DNA of 64,000 bases from Lytechinus pictus (lineage: Eukaryota), in the NCBI RefSeq assembly GCF_037042905.1, contig NC_087245.1, forward strand, positions 21,392,001 through 21,456,000, written 5' to 3'. The notes below the pieces were generated by a model. It ran no database searches, was not told the origin of the DNA, and saw only the letters and a program-made list of their open reading frames with translations. A program made the position numbers and the translations under genes. The stretch's first letter is position 1, and each line of letters starts with the position of its first letter. Positions 51,325 through 64,000 of the stretch are shown one piece after another.

Positions 51325-54108
51325 TAGTCCAGGATAGAAGGGGTCGAACCTTGTTTTTTTATATATACAATGTTTTTTTATGGTTTCTTGTCAATTCGAG
51401 GGTGCTGATTCCGAATCTGAATGATGCCACTCGTGTAACCTTGAGCATTTTCTGCAAATTGGCAAAATCCAATATGGCCGCCAAAATATTCAAATTACCC
51501 ATGAAAATCATAAAATTGTCCACACATTGGCTTTAAAGTACATGCAATTGTGCTGCCGGAGTGAAATAATATCTGAAAAAATGATTTTTGTCAAAATATT
51601 TATTTTCTTGATATCAAAATGGCCGCCATCATAGACCCCTGTACAATATGAATGGGGAAAATTAATTTTTACAAAATTGAGCACTGAAATGCAAGTAATT
51701 ATGATCTATGAGTGAAGCAATGTCTGTAAACATGATTGCTAACGATATATATCATTTGTTATGTCAGTTATGTGATAAATCCTGTATTTTGATATTCAAA
51801 ATGGCCTTCGAAAGCCCTAACACTATTATGTACAATGTGAATGGTGACACAAAAAAATCACAAGAGTGAGCACTAAAATGCATTTTGTTGAGATAAACGA
51901 GTGGAATACTGACTAAAAACATTTTTGTTAACGAAATCTATTATTTAACATGCCATGTATGTGATAAACCCTGTATTTTGATATTTAATATGACCGCCAA
52001 AGGCCCTAAAATTATGATCTACGATGTGAGAGAGGACAAAAACAATCACAAGGTGAGCACTAAAACGTATTTTTTGTGGTAAATTAGTGGAATACTGTCT
52101 TCAAATATAATTTGCAACGAAATATATTATTCGGGTTTCATATTTGTGTTAAATATTGTATTTTGACTTTCAAAATGGCCGCCAAAAGACATTGACTGTA
52201 TTATGTACAATCGATCTGGGAAACCAATTTTCACATGAGTCAGCACCATAACATGCATATAATTGTGATTTAAGAGTAAAATATTGTCTGAAAACATAAT
52301 TCCTAACAAGATATATCATTCATTCTGCCAGGTAGGTGATAAATAATGTATTTTGAAAGTCAAAATGGCCGCTACAGGCCCTAACAGTAGGCCTATTATG
52401 TACTTTGTGAATGGGAACATATAATTTTAACAGAATTTGGCTTTGCTTGACTAAATGGTGTTGCATGTATGAGTGAAATATCGTCTGAAAATATGATTTT
52501 GTAACCAAATAGATCATTTCTTATGTTATTTAGGTGATAAATGCTATATTTAAATTTCAAAATGGCTGCAATATGTTTCTTTGTGGAAATTATCTTTCCC
52601 CATTAAAATTTTGCATATTAAGATAAGGGACTATGGCGGCCATTTTTCATTTTTACTAAAGGCTGCATTCATCACCTTTATGACACAAGCTATGATATAT
52701 TTCGTTAGAAATCATTGGGTTTAGACAATACTTAACACTTACATCAAAATTAAGCCATTTTCATAGTAAAAATTTTGTCAAAATTATCTGTCCCCAGTTA
52801 CAATGTACATACTACTTTGGGCTATGGCAGCAATTTTGAATTTCAAAGTAAGGCCTTTATTTCCTTCTCAACCATTATGTGATGTATTTAGTCAGAAATC
52901 ATGTTCAAGACCAAATTTTACCTATACATCACATAGTTACGTGCGTTTTTGGTTCTCATTCTGGTGATGATTAGTTTCCCTATACGCATGTTACAGAATT
53001 TGTAGGGGCTTGTGCGGCCGTTTTGAAAGTCAAAATACAGTATTTATCACCTATGGGAGAGGAAATGTTATATTTCATTAAAAAAATCACGTTTTCAAAC
53101 AATATTTTCCTTATACAACAGAATTATATGGATTTCATAGTCAGGCAAATCCTAATTCTTTCAAAAGTATTTGTCCCCATTTACATTGTAGATAATACTG
53201 TAAGGGCCCATAGGGGCCATTTTGAATTTTACAATACAGCATTTATCTCATGCATGAAAAATGAAATGATATGTTTCGCCAGAAATCATGTGTTTAGACA
53301 ATATTTCACTCGTATAAATTACAATTACATTCATTTTATTGTTTTTACTCTTGTGAAAATTAGTTTCTTCATTCGCTTTGTTCATAATACAGTTGGGCCT
53401 ATGGCAGCCATTTTGAATGTCAACATGCAGCATAATTACCGAAATTGCAAGGGAAATGATATGTTTCGTTAGAAATCCTTGTTGTCAGACAGTGTTACAC
53501 CAATATTTCGCAGTTATTGGCATTTTAAAGTCAAACAAATTCAAAGGTTGTGAAAATTATTTGTCCCCTTTTATATATTGTACACAGTATAAGGGGTCTA
53601 TGACAGCCATTTTGAATATCATAATACAGCATTTATCACATTAGATAGTATACAAATGATATAGTTTTGTTAATAGTCATGTTTTCAGACAGTAGTCCAC
53701 TCGCAGGTCACAATCACATGCAATAATAGTGCTCTTGTTTGAAAAAATATTTTCCCCATTCATATTCTACATAATAAAGTATACAGGGGTTATGGCGGCC
53801 ATTTTGAATATCAATAAAATAAATATTTTGTCAAATATCGCTTTTCCAATTGGTATTTCACTTCTGCACAACAACTACATGCATTTTATAGCTAATGTGT
53901 TGGCAAATTTATGATTTTCATGGGTAATTTGCATATTTTGGCGGCCATATTGGATTTTGCCAATTTGCGGAAAATGCTCAAGGTTACAAGAGTGGCATCA
54001 TTCAGATTCGGAATCAGCACCCTCGAATTGACAAGAAACCATCAAAAAACATTGTATATCTAAAAAAACAAGGTTCGACCTCTTGTCTATGGGGCCTATC
54101 CTGGACTA
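51325..54108. mobile_element. Academ-type non-autonomous foldback element
   Basis: Termini TAGTCCAGGATAG / CTATCCTGGACTA, 3-bp TSD GTA, about 200 bp of well-matched TIR. Diverged internal repeats carry AAAATGGCCGCC on the left arm and GGCGGCCATTTT on the right; orientation flips near 52600. Confidence 0.85.
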
Positions 54109-55030
54109 GTAGGCCTAGGTGGAAAAGGAGCACAAGAAGGAGGAGGAGGACGGGAGGGGGAGGAGAAGGACGGGGAAGGGGAGGAGGGGGAAGTGATGGG
54201 ACAGGATGTTGAGAGGAGAAGGAGGAGGCCGACAAGAAGGAGGAGATAGGGGTGTGAAGGAGAAGGGAAAATGGCAGAGGGAGGGGAAGGGACAACAGGA
54301 GGAGGAGGAGGTGTACAGGGGGCATTTGCCCGTCGCCTGACTAAGTTTTCAGATCCAGAGGGGTAATCTAGTGGCAATATGCTTCCTCGAATGGGTGACT
54401 AAGCGAAAAGAAAAACGGAGAGAGGTGCAGTTACAAGGGGCGGTAGCATACATCAACGCACAGTGACCGGTGGCTTTACCTACGGACTGGTTGCGGGTTT
54501 TTTGTGAGGTGGGGTGGAGGGGGCTGGGCCCCACAAAAAAAAACCTCACACTGTGTCTTTATCAAATTGAATCATCGTATCATGTGCACCTTTCAACGCG
54601 TCCCATGATTAAAATAGCATTTCCTTTGATATAATTGTCTGATTACACTATTTTGATATGACTGAATTAAATGATCTATTTAATTTGCTCACAAATCATA
54701 TGGGGGGGGGGGGGAGGGCGGGTGGGGGTCACTCTCCACCGTCCTGCCACATAAGTCATCTAGATCCGATAACCTCAGAAATGTTCACTGAACGATGTAA
54801 TCTACATTTTCAACTACTTTCAACGTCTTAATTTCAAACACGTTATTAGACAATATCCACAACCTGAACAGGCCCTACATGGTGTAATGATTGAGAAAAT
54901 ACGACGTTGAAGGTGATTATCGAAAATGGTGCTAAAAAGGCAACCCTTTTTCCCAAAGACGCCGATGTTCATGACGCCTTTGCAGCAGTCATGTGATACT
55001 AGTACTTCTATGAATATCAGTTGATGGTTA

Positions 55031-55203
55031 TGCCTCAGTCACATTTCCCAAACGGCGGCCGTACGTCGAGTCGAAAACAGCCGTTTTATCCGATTTTATT
55101 CAAACCACCATCAAGTAGCTGCATGCATGGTACAAAAAAATGTTGAAAACGGCTGTTTTCGACTCGCTGTGCGGCGGCTGGAGGGGAAATGTGACTGCAG
55201 CAT
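55031..55203. mobile_element. PIF/Harbinger-like MITE
   Basis: TGCCTCAGTCACATTTCCC / GGGAAATGTGACTGCAGCA; inner inverted repeat cgagtcgaaaacagccgtttt. Confidence 0.75.
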
Positions 55204-56699
55204 AAGCCTACTTTTTCCGTTTCATCACTGATGTAACTACTACTTTTCTGTCAGTTCCTCCTTTGCGTAACATGTATGAAATGTCTGTCCCTCAAGTTGA
55301 CTCACCCACGCCCACTGATGCAGATCATTGCCCCCCCCCCCCCGAAAAAAAAATCGATCAAGATTATATCCTCGTAGGTGTAGATGGCGCTAGACATCTC
55401 TCAAATTGTCATGCATTGGTTACTCTCACCGTGGACCAAGTGTTCTCACAAACAGCTGCCGAGAATAACCCGTTTGTTACAATAAGCTTCGCAGGAAAAT
55501 ACATATAGACTATAGTACATGGTCCAATTCTCAGTAACTTTTACGTCTAATACCATCACCACTTGCTCTACTATCGAGTTGGTCCAATCGCCAAGTTGGT
55601 ACTCACTTGAGCTTACTGCAATTTACTCACTTAAAGAATTCTTTACTCGCGTAAAGAATTTTGTCTCATATCCAGATGGTCAAATTTTCACCTTGAGTAC
55701 TTACATTTTCGCACCTTTTTATGTCAAATGAAAAAAAGTGGTCCATAAACATTTTGATAACACAGACGTATAGATGGGGAGGTGCTTTGGGTATAGACCC
55801 CCCAGAAAAAATCCCAACCATATATAAACAAGAGAAAGGAAAAGAAAAGGAAAGGGAAACTTATTCAACATTATACTATCTTATGAATATTATTTCAAAA
55901 TCTATCATAGATGAAAGCTAACAAATTTTGTTTGCTCGCTTCGCTTCTTATAGCTTTTGATAAATTTCTGCCCCATATGCCACGTTTGATCTCCAATTGA
56001 GAGGTTCATTGCGTCACTGTTTAATAGTATAGTGGTCTTGAATATTAATGGGCACATACAATTTTGTACAGAAAATATGCTAAGAGAGTAAGAGGCAATA
56101 ATAAAAATCAAATGCTTAGTAAATGAACTATTTGTAGAGTGAGGTGAGACCAATGAAAAGTGGGTGTATACAAGTGGCAATTTACACATTTCACATCTCT
56201 ATTTATCTGTTTCCCCTATCTGCCCTACCATCCCTAATATTTGGGGTAAGGGAAGGTGTGGCATTGGGGTGGACTCCTCGACTCCATTAACTTGGCTGGT
56301 GGAGGGGGGAGGGGCGTCTCCGCATGCATGCACCCTTGGAAGACCAGTCAGTCTATACAATTAAGACCCCCCTTTTTGGGGCTGTCAGATTAAAAATGCC
56401 CCCCATTCCTACAATATAGCTACCTAGGCATCAATCTATATACTTGATCATTCTTTTTTTATGGGCCTCGATCCTTTGGCCCTGTAGGCCTTTATTAATA
56501 AAATCTGGATCTGCCGCTGTTGGGGTGAAGCAATAGGATTGTTATATTCCCGCAGTAAATAACTACCAATTGTTTTTGACACCACCACCAGCACCACCCG
56601 TGTACCACCACTGGGGTCATCAATCTCCCAAAGCTCTGATCCACCACCACCACCACCACCACCTGTCCGTGCTTCACCGTGCACCCCCGTTAACCCAAT

Positions 56700-56823
56700 A
56701 TAAATTTTGTGAGCCCCTCTCGATCGATCGCTCGGCGTAGCTCGTCCCATACTTTCAACATGGCAGCATATCGGTTCGTGTATACATGGCAACGTAATGG
56801 TCGTCGTTTCTAGGGAGGTGAGT
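56700..56823 (+). promoter_or_regulatory. Candidate promoter and non-coding first exon of the plus-strand gene
   Basis: CpG-rich stretch, RFX X-box-like GTATACATGGCAAC (56780-56793), strong donor GAG|gtgagt at 56817/56818. Confidence 0.45.
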
Positions 56824-57292
56824 TTTCTCAGGCTGGCACCTTATTTTACGGTCCATATTCCATTTTCACATTTCCTCATACAAATTTCCTTTTTTTAATT
56901 CGAGCAAGAATCTATTTCATTGGTTTATACCCTTGAAAGTTTTCCAGAAATTGATTGAGATGAGTGTAATTTCTGAATTTGCAGTGTCGTGATTCAGTGA
57001 TTGTGGCTTTGCTTTGTGCACGCCACTACTCATAGATTTCGGCGCAGCGGATTCTCCCCTCTAGTCTATCGACGAGAGTGTGCTGGCGATGGCGCTGGCT
57101 TCGGCCTGCGCCTAGCCTCTTGTCGAGGCCCTGTCGGCTGCTTTCCGAGCAAACATGGCTAGGCTAAGGCTAAGCAGAGCGGCGCGAGACAGGGCCTCTT
57201 GACATCTGTGCCGAATTTCACCGAATTTCTTTTGTTTTTTATTGTTTTTACCAATATTCCGACCAAGAACTGGTCGGTGAAAATCAACCAAT

Positions 57293-57875
57293 AGACCTTA
57301 TCGCAAATAGCGTCTGTCGCGTGAGGGCGTCTGTCATCGCAGAGGATGACGGGATGCGAAAGGGGGCAAACGCGGAATCGGCTTTCGGGAAGCCATACAA
57401 CGCCATATGTTTTGTGTAGTGTCACTCAAAATCCAGGTTTTTTTTAAGTCTGATTTCTTCGTATTTAAATTATTTTGGATACTTGAATGTAGATTTATAG
57501 AACAATCTTTGTATCATGATTGCCCAGTGAAAGTATGAACTCAATACTCACCGTATTTTCGAAGTTTTCTGGGGCTAAACTTGGGAAGATTTTGTGGGAA
57601 AAGTGAGACGGTGATTGCGGGTCATTGCCGATCGTCTTTAGAAAAGAGCACGTCGATCGGTGATCCAAATTAGATAGCATATTTTTCCATTAAAGAATAT
57701 TCATGAGAAATATAATGTAGACCATATATCTCCATATAAATTTAGCTAGCCAAGTTTTTTGTTATTTTGGGGGAAATATAGTCCTTTTTTTGCAAGTCGG
57801 GCTGTTTAGTTTGATCATACAATTTCTATATAGGGGGTACGTGCATGAGACAAATCTAAAGCCAAAAATAAGCTA

Positions 57876-57930
<55 letters not shown>

Positions 57931-59002
57931 ATAATAGGCCTATGACATGCAGAATACTATAAATCTGAATTTATTTAAATTTAAAACATTTTAAGTTTTA
58001 ATAAAATTAAAAACATTTTATGATCCCGTATAGGCCCTATCCCTCAAACCTCTGTAATTTTATTTTGTCTGAAACTGGATATTTAATTCATATAAATGAT
58101 ATATATTCCATTCTTTTGAAATAAATCTTATTTCAACATTTACATATTCAATTAATTTCATCGCATTCAGTCACTTCTCTTTCAGATCACCTTCCTCATT
58201 AAATTCTTTTTTCTTTTTTTTTTTGCTTATTTTTCTATCAATATACTTTCATCTATTCTCATTTTTTGTTATATTTCATTCATTATTTTGTCTATGCATG
58301 CCACTTATAAAACTTCAGAATGCCCGACCACGATCCTGAATAATTTGCAATAATATTATGTAGCCTATCTGTGGAGAGAAAAAGAAAACACAGCTCGGTT
58401 TATAGGCCTACTCTGAATAAAATCATGATTGAGATAATTATTTATGAAACATGTATTCTTGACTATCGATTGATATTACAAAAATATAACACTAGAATAA
58501 AGTAATCAAATCTACTGCAGAGTTTGTTTTATTGATCATCATTTTATTATTGCTTGGAATTCTGGGACCAGTTTCCTCCACTGCCTCGCCGACGTACCCC
58601 TGGGCCGAGAGTGCATGCCCGCTGTCCGTGCATACAATTCAAAGCACGCAGCAGCTGCACAGCTCAAAATACGCACAGACAGTGCGCGAAAATGAAAGAA
58701 AATTGCACTTGTCTTCATAAAATCTGTGGTAATTCTTGCAGCTATAGACGGCACATATATCTCTGCCACCTATGATTAAGAAGAAAAGTAATGTTAGACT
58801 CTGGAACAAATATGACGAGGCGTTTACTGGAAGTTAGCAAAATGTTGGCTGCGGGCGTCGATCGTATTTTGATACACTGTGGAAATCGTACACTTTATTG
58901 TCGGCTGCTTGCGCTCGCATGGTCGCATCCGGACAACAGCGGCGCTATTGCCCCCTTTGCGATCCCATGATCCTTTGCGTGAATCTATTTGCGATAAGGT
59001 CT
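57293..59002 (-). mobile_element. ISL2EU-like non-autonomous element nested in the AcademH element
   Basis: TIR AGACCTTATCGCAAATAG / CTATTTGCGATAAGGTCT flanked by AT on both sides; carries a THAP-like relic. Confidence 0.65.
58558..58773 (-). pseudogene. Degenerate THAP zinc-finger fragment
   Basis: (I)GGRDICAVYSCKNYHRFYEDKC...ELCSC, then a frameshift to FELY...RPRGTSARQWRKLV. This gives the C-x4-C-x-N...P...W pattern of THAP domains. The start codon appears mutated to ATA. Confidence 0.55.
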
Positions 59003-59073
59003 ATGAGAGCGCGCGCGCGGGCCGCTATGACGTCATATTTATTGAATATTCATGAGACATGAGCTCATCTTGA

Positions 59074-59477
59074 ATGGCGACCCGTGGATTCTTGGCGAAG
59101 AGTGCCGACAAAATATCAAAGAGCATTGAATATGCCTCTAAAATGCTGATTGATGTTGACCAATTTAAGGATTTGCAAGTCGATGAAATTAAATCTGCAA
59201 TGAGGAAGATACTTTTTGTAAATCTACCCACATATCCTGTGGCACAGGATATGGAAAAAATGTAATACATGTATTTCATGTGATTCCACTTTGCGTCGAT
59301 CTCCGCTGTGCAGTGAGGGAATGCTGGAGTGGAGTTGCTTCCCCTTGACTCGAGTCTGACCAGTATCTCCCGGCAAGTTTCGGGGCGGTGATGGGTCTGT
59401 TACGGCCAGTACAAGTAGTAGTAGTAGCATTTTGCTGGTACTGCCTACTGGTTATATCCCCTTTAGTGTCCCGCAAT
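59074..59477 (+). pseudogene. Decayed RecQ-like SF2 helicase N-terminus
   Basis: FKDLQVDEIKSAMRKILFVNLPT, then a 14-nt insertion, then GYGKNVI..FHVIPLCVD...LLVISPLVS, matching Q-motif, Walker A (LPTGYGK) and motif Ia. One frameshift and one stop. Confidence 0.75.
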
Positions 59478-59768
59478 TAAATGAATCCCCTGCAGAATAG
59501 TGAACTACTATTCCGAACCCGGACGAAACAGCTTTGACATTTCATTGGTTTACTATAGGTGACCGGTAATATCATGACTCATGTACATGTATATTCATTA
59601 GGAAGACGTTCCTCATAAATATATAATTCAGCTAAGATGTCAAGAGGCCCTGGCTAGCGCCAGGCGTAATTAGGAAATCCCTCGCTTTGCTCGGGCAGCA
59701 GCCGCCAGGGCCTCGACAAGAGGCTAGCCTGCGCCTTGTATTGTCGTGGCTAGCTGGGCCTTGGGCTG

Positions 59769-59887
59769 GGGCCCGTAACACAAAGCTTAGCAATGATTGT
59801 AGAAATTTTTTCTACGATTGATTCCATCTACTACAATGTACAATCAATCGTGAAAATCAATCGCTAACCTTTGTGTTACGGGACCCC
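59769..59887. mobile_element. Small Harbinger-like MITE, same family as 25369-25497
   Basis: GGGCCCGTAACACAAAG / CTTTGTGTTACGGGACCC. Confidence 0.7.
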
Positions 59888-61524
59888 AGCCCAGGTCAGG
59901 TTAAGCCCTTTGCAGTAAATGTCAATGTATGCAGTGAATGTAAAATGTATTCAATAATTCTAGTCTCTGCATGTATAGCCTGCATGTACATGTACATGTA
60001 TGATGGGGTGACCATAATTTGCGCACATTTTCATTATCGAGTCACAGACACGGTTCATACTGTTGTGTTGTGGTTGGATCTAATGCTCTTTAACTTTCAA
60101 CCAGACTTAAATGAGACGAATGGATGCAGGATATACAGTTCATACATTTATTAATTAAAGATGATTACATGATAATGACAAATACATGAGTAAGTCTGAT
60201 GGTGACTCTACTCTGAAGATGAAGATAATATAAATGCTGCAAACTGATGTAGTATACTTTTCTGTAGCTCTAAACTCCAATCTCTGAAACTATCTGTATG
60301 CTGGAACAATCTCTAAAGTAATCTCCTTTGGGTTCAGAAGTGGACCCCTTTTACATTGGTCTGTTCAAGACTCTTTACAACCAAACAGGTGTTGATCAAC
60401 CTTGGACGCTTGACCAAAACAATCTGTACGCCATAACTTTACTCTGAATTGGGGGAGTTGACCTTTAAGGGAGAACATGAAATGTAGTGAATAAGAAACC
60501 CATAAAATGTGTATGGTCAGAAGTTTAGCTGGAAGAATAATGAGTAATACGGTACTTTCTTAAGAAAGTTGGAGTTGGTAAATATAGGATTTCCTATGAT
60601 ACTTCCTGTAGAAGTATTGATTAAGTATTGATTATGTATTGATATATTATTGAATATGTGAGATATGTCTTATAATCACATAACAATACATAAGAGGTTC
60701 TAACCTTTAGACCTAACGATAAATTAAGATCATAAATACCAGACAGAAGGCAAGGTGCCAGAGTCAAAATTACAGGATTAGGTCTATAAGGATGGAAGGA
60801 AGGATGGTTGAGAGGAAGGATCAAAAGAGAGGAAGAGAAAATGAAAGGAAGAACCCCCCAAAAGAAAAAGGAAGAAAAAGAAAAGAGAGAGGATAGAAAA
60901 AGAAAAAAAAATGAAAGGAAGAAATAAAGGAAAATAAGAAAGAATGAAAGAAAAAAAATAAGGAAAGAATGAAAAGGGGGAAAAGAAAGAAAGAAAAACA
61001 AAAAAACAAAAGAAAGAAAGAAAAGGGGGAAAAGAAAGAAAGAAAAACAAAAAAACAAAAGAAAGAAAGAAAAAAGGTCTTTAAGGAAAGAAAGAAGGGC
61101 CTATGAGAAAAGAATGAAAAAAAGAAAAATCCTACAATTTAGGAAGAAAAAAAAATCAAGCTAAAATTCCACTGATATTTGTTGTCGATTGACTATTCTG
61201 AAAATCTATTTTATGATAGAAAACTAAAATATTTTGGAAATAATGTAATAAATTTTTGAAGTGAAACATCAAACTTGGTGAATTGTGTCATAGACACACC
61301 TTTCTTCCCAGCAGCATTCACATCAAGACTCAAAACAATGGCTATTACAACTAGTTTTGAAAGCTCAATAACTTGCTCCTCCGATCCCATCACCCAATCG
61401 ATAATTCAAAAATCCATAAAATGATTACAATTTTGTGATTATTTTGATGGAAGATTTTTCACACAAGATTATTCACTCCCGATTAATTGAGTAGGTGAAG
61501 CAGCATTGTGCAATTGAAAACCAA

Positions 61525-61700
61525 TGTGTGTGTGTGTATTTGAGTTTTGTCAGACGTGTATCAATCAAATATGATTATTTACGTCTGGGACCGACCTTTA
61601 ACGTAGCGTCACCATCCGAAAGACGTGACCAGGGCTCGAACCTCGAACCTCTGCATCAATTTGTTACTTCCCCACAATCGATCAGCTCCAGCTAGCCTGC
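61525..61700 (-). mobile_element. SINE-like repeat with (CA)n tail; related copy at 48625-48760
   Basis: Both copies share cagacgtgtat..atgattattt(t)acgtctgg..gacgtgaccagggctcga; B-box-like GGTTCGAG on the minus strand. Confidence 0.6.
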
Positions 61701-62438
61701 CACTAGGCAAAAAAAAAAAATCATTTTTGGTGGGTGTTTCCACACCTTACTGCCGAATTCTGCAAGATTTGATAAACTTTAAAATAGCAATGAATTTGGA
61801 TTTTCTAGGGCTCCTTTCTTTGATTTGAGGGATCTTTTGAGCAATTCGGGGGCAAAATCGCCCCAAGCCCCCATTTGACTCTTTCCCTGCCTGCCATGCC
61901 GGCAGGCCCGACCAGCTACATGTATGTATGCTGACTTTGTGTGTGTGTGAGTGTGTATCTCATTAACATAATCATGGTATAATTAAATTTTTTTTTTTTT
62001 CATTTCAGATATATAATCATAGACTTCAAAACCACATGTCACAGATTGAAGGAATGGAACAGTATTAAACTCAAGCCATCAAAATGTGACAATTACCTTG
62101 GCACGCCAGCTCCTACATGTATTCAACTACATGTAGATCTCATTAAGATTTGGATTGAAATATTTTTCAGGAAATTTGCTGACAAATTAAAAGATGAACA
62201 AGGGGATCATGTAACCAGAATCTGCAGAAAATAACCAATGTGGTCAAGTTGTTGGAAAATGGTAATACTGCTGAATGATCAAAATGACACATCAGTTTCA
62301 TGATTAGCTTTATTTTTAGCTTATCTGTTGATTCCCTGCTGAACGAAAAGACCTTAACAGAGGACAGACATGAACTGTACATTCAACTTCATATCTTGCC
62401 ATACCATGTTTGAAAACATAGTACTGTAGACTCCTATC

Positions 62439-62611
62439 ATGAGCAACTTCAATACACCAGTGCCCAACGCCTCCCGCTCCGCGATCTCCTTGGGTGGAGA
62501 ATGGCGCAATCGGGATCAGATGGAGGCCAACAAATACAAGATGAGTGGATTGACGGTCCTGAATAAAAAGAAAGCTGGGAAGGCTGCAGCAAAGGAAAAG
62601 TCCAGACCAAG
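62439..62611 (+). CDS. First coding segment of an unidentified protein (MSNFNTPVPNASRSAISLGGEWRNRDQMEANKYKMSGLTVLNKKKAGKAAAKEKSRP...)
   Basis: atcATGA start, GC-richer codon-like composition, donor AG|gtatat after 62611 (phase 2). The exon probably begins at 62009, after the acceptor ttttttttcatttcag. Confidence 0.7.
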
Positions 62612-64000
62612 GTATATATCATAATCAAGACTGTCGTTTTAACATAGATCTATACTTGCTTTCCTTAAGCAAGAACTTATCCTGTGCTGCACTCACCGCA
62701 GATGAAATTAATTAGAACCTCGCAAGAATATTCATTAAAAACGCAGAGTACTCTGCTTAAGCTAGGGTGATTATGCTGCATTAAAGTAGATTGTTAGGCA
62801 GTGTTTACTATTTAAGCAGTATGTAAGCAGTTTAATTAGATCTAGAAATTCAATAATATTCTATAACCAGCAATAGACAAATTTTGAAAATACAGATTGA
62901 TTCAAACCCGAATAACAACCTACATGTACATGTAGTTCCCATTCCGATAGTGATACCCGATTACTTTCTGCCCAGAGCGGCATAATATCTAGCAAAAAGT
63001 CTAATCTTGACTTTTTCAAATTCTGTACATGTACGCCTGCTTTATAATGTCCAAAATTATCTTAACACTGCACATGATCATTCACCAGTGTATTGTGTAC
63101 ATTTACCCATTTGCATGCATACACAAATACAATAAAGCCAAGATCTTCTATTCAAGTGTTGGGCAAGTCTGCTAGTGCCTCTTATGCAGGACTACAATAG
63201 GTTGCCAACAAAAGAAAAGGATTCTTCACTGAAGGCCGCTCTTGTTAGTCAACCCTTTTGTTTAATAGGACACTATTGAATTCTGAAGAGCATGTGTTTA
63301 TTATGTTGTTGAGGATACCCTGTTTAAGCTGGTGTATTAGAATACAAGTTAGTGGGAAAGCTATCAACATGCATTATTGACCCATTGGCTTTCCCCTGAG
63401 TGAAGTAAGGGAGAGCTTAATTTTAAATGATACACTCTTATTAAAGTATCTAGAGCTTCTATTGCACAACATTTTCATTAGGGAATTTCATTTGTCATAA
63501 GAATGCAAATGTTATAGCATATCATGCCAGTCCCTGTAAATATGGAATGACCGCTTTTTGCTCAAATGGATGAGTTCTACCTGCAAAATATATACCTTAC
63601 GTGTTCTTCAGCCAATCAATAATTATTGACAAAGTCCTATGTTACATCCACTGTACATGCCTGCAATGCAGTAGGCCAGATAAAGTAGATGTGTGCTGGT
63701 TTTCTACAGGCACCTTCTTCCAAGCCTATATTAATTTTGGTAAATTCTCAAAGTGTATGTCACTGTTCCAATTCATTCCTATTATGTGAATAACCTGTAT
63801 GCCCCATAACAGCTTCATATATGACATGGAATAAAGAATGTGTTTAATCAGATAAATTTGCAGATTGATTCATTTATATGATACTTCTCAAGTACATGAT
63901 GGGTGGGATGACAAACCTAATCTTTGTCTGTAGCTTTTATATCGAATAAGTAAATGATCATTGTACTATTGTTTAATAAAAATAGAAACATTTAGAGAGA

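Larger units (their letters stand above)
57113..59726 (+). mobile_element. AcademH-type DNA transposon, internally deleted
   Basis: TIR TAGCCTCTTGTCGAGGCCCTG / CAGGGCCTCGACAAGAGGCTA; 9-bp TSD GCCTGCGCC (57104-57112, 59727-59735); internal RecQ-like helicase relic. Confidence 0.85.

Noticed and set aside
53023..53472. 149-aa ORF, the longest in the track
   Set aside because: It lies within the diverged repeat arm of the Academ-type element, begins at a non-ATG codon, and has no domain features.

Overview
AT-rich, intron-dominated animal genomic DNA. The repeat complement suggests a deuterostome invertebrate, probably a sea urchin (inference). The minus strand carries the 5' part of a voltage-gated calcium channel beta-subunit gene (CACNB). 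It has an ATG exon at 44017-43928, a conserved exon at 15241-15146 (KFKRSNGSFSDTSSNSLLRQ) and two further candidate alternative first exons; no SH3/GK core exon was found, so the core presumably lies left of the window. A divergent, unidentified plus-strand gene has a candidate non-coding exon near 56.8 kb and its first coding exon at 62439-62611. The rest is a dense, often nested set of transposon relics: a 3.9 kb near-perfect TU/foldback-type palindrome (8-bp TSD), a Penelope-like GIY-YIG fragment with a minimal hammerhead ribozyme core, an AcademH-type element (9-bp TSD, decayed RecQ-like helicase) containing an ISL2EU-like THAP relic, a 2.8 kb Academ-type foldback (3-bp TSD), Kolobok/Harbinger/EnSpm/hAT/Tc1 MITEs, Helentron-type repeats and tRNA-derived SINEs. 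Short palindromes (TACATGTA, TAGGCCTA) recur, and TACATGTA appears as a secondary insertion at two informative sites. Most ORFs in the supplied track are spurious. All family assignments come from recalled motifs, not from database searches.
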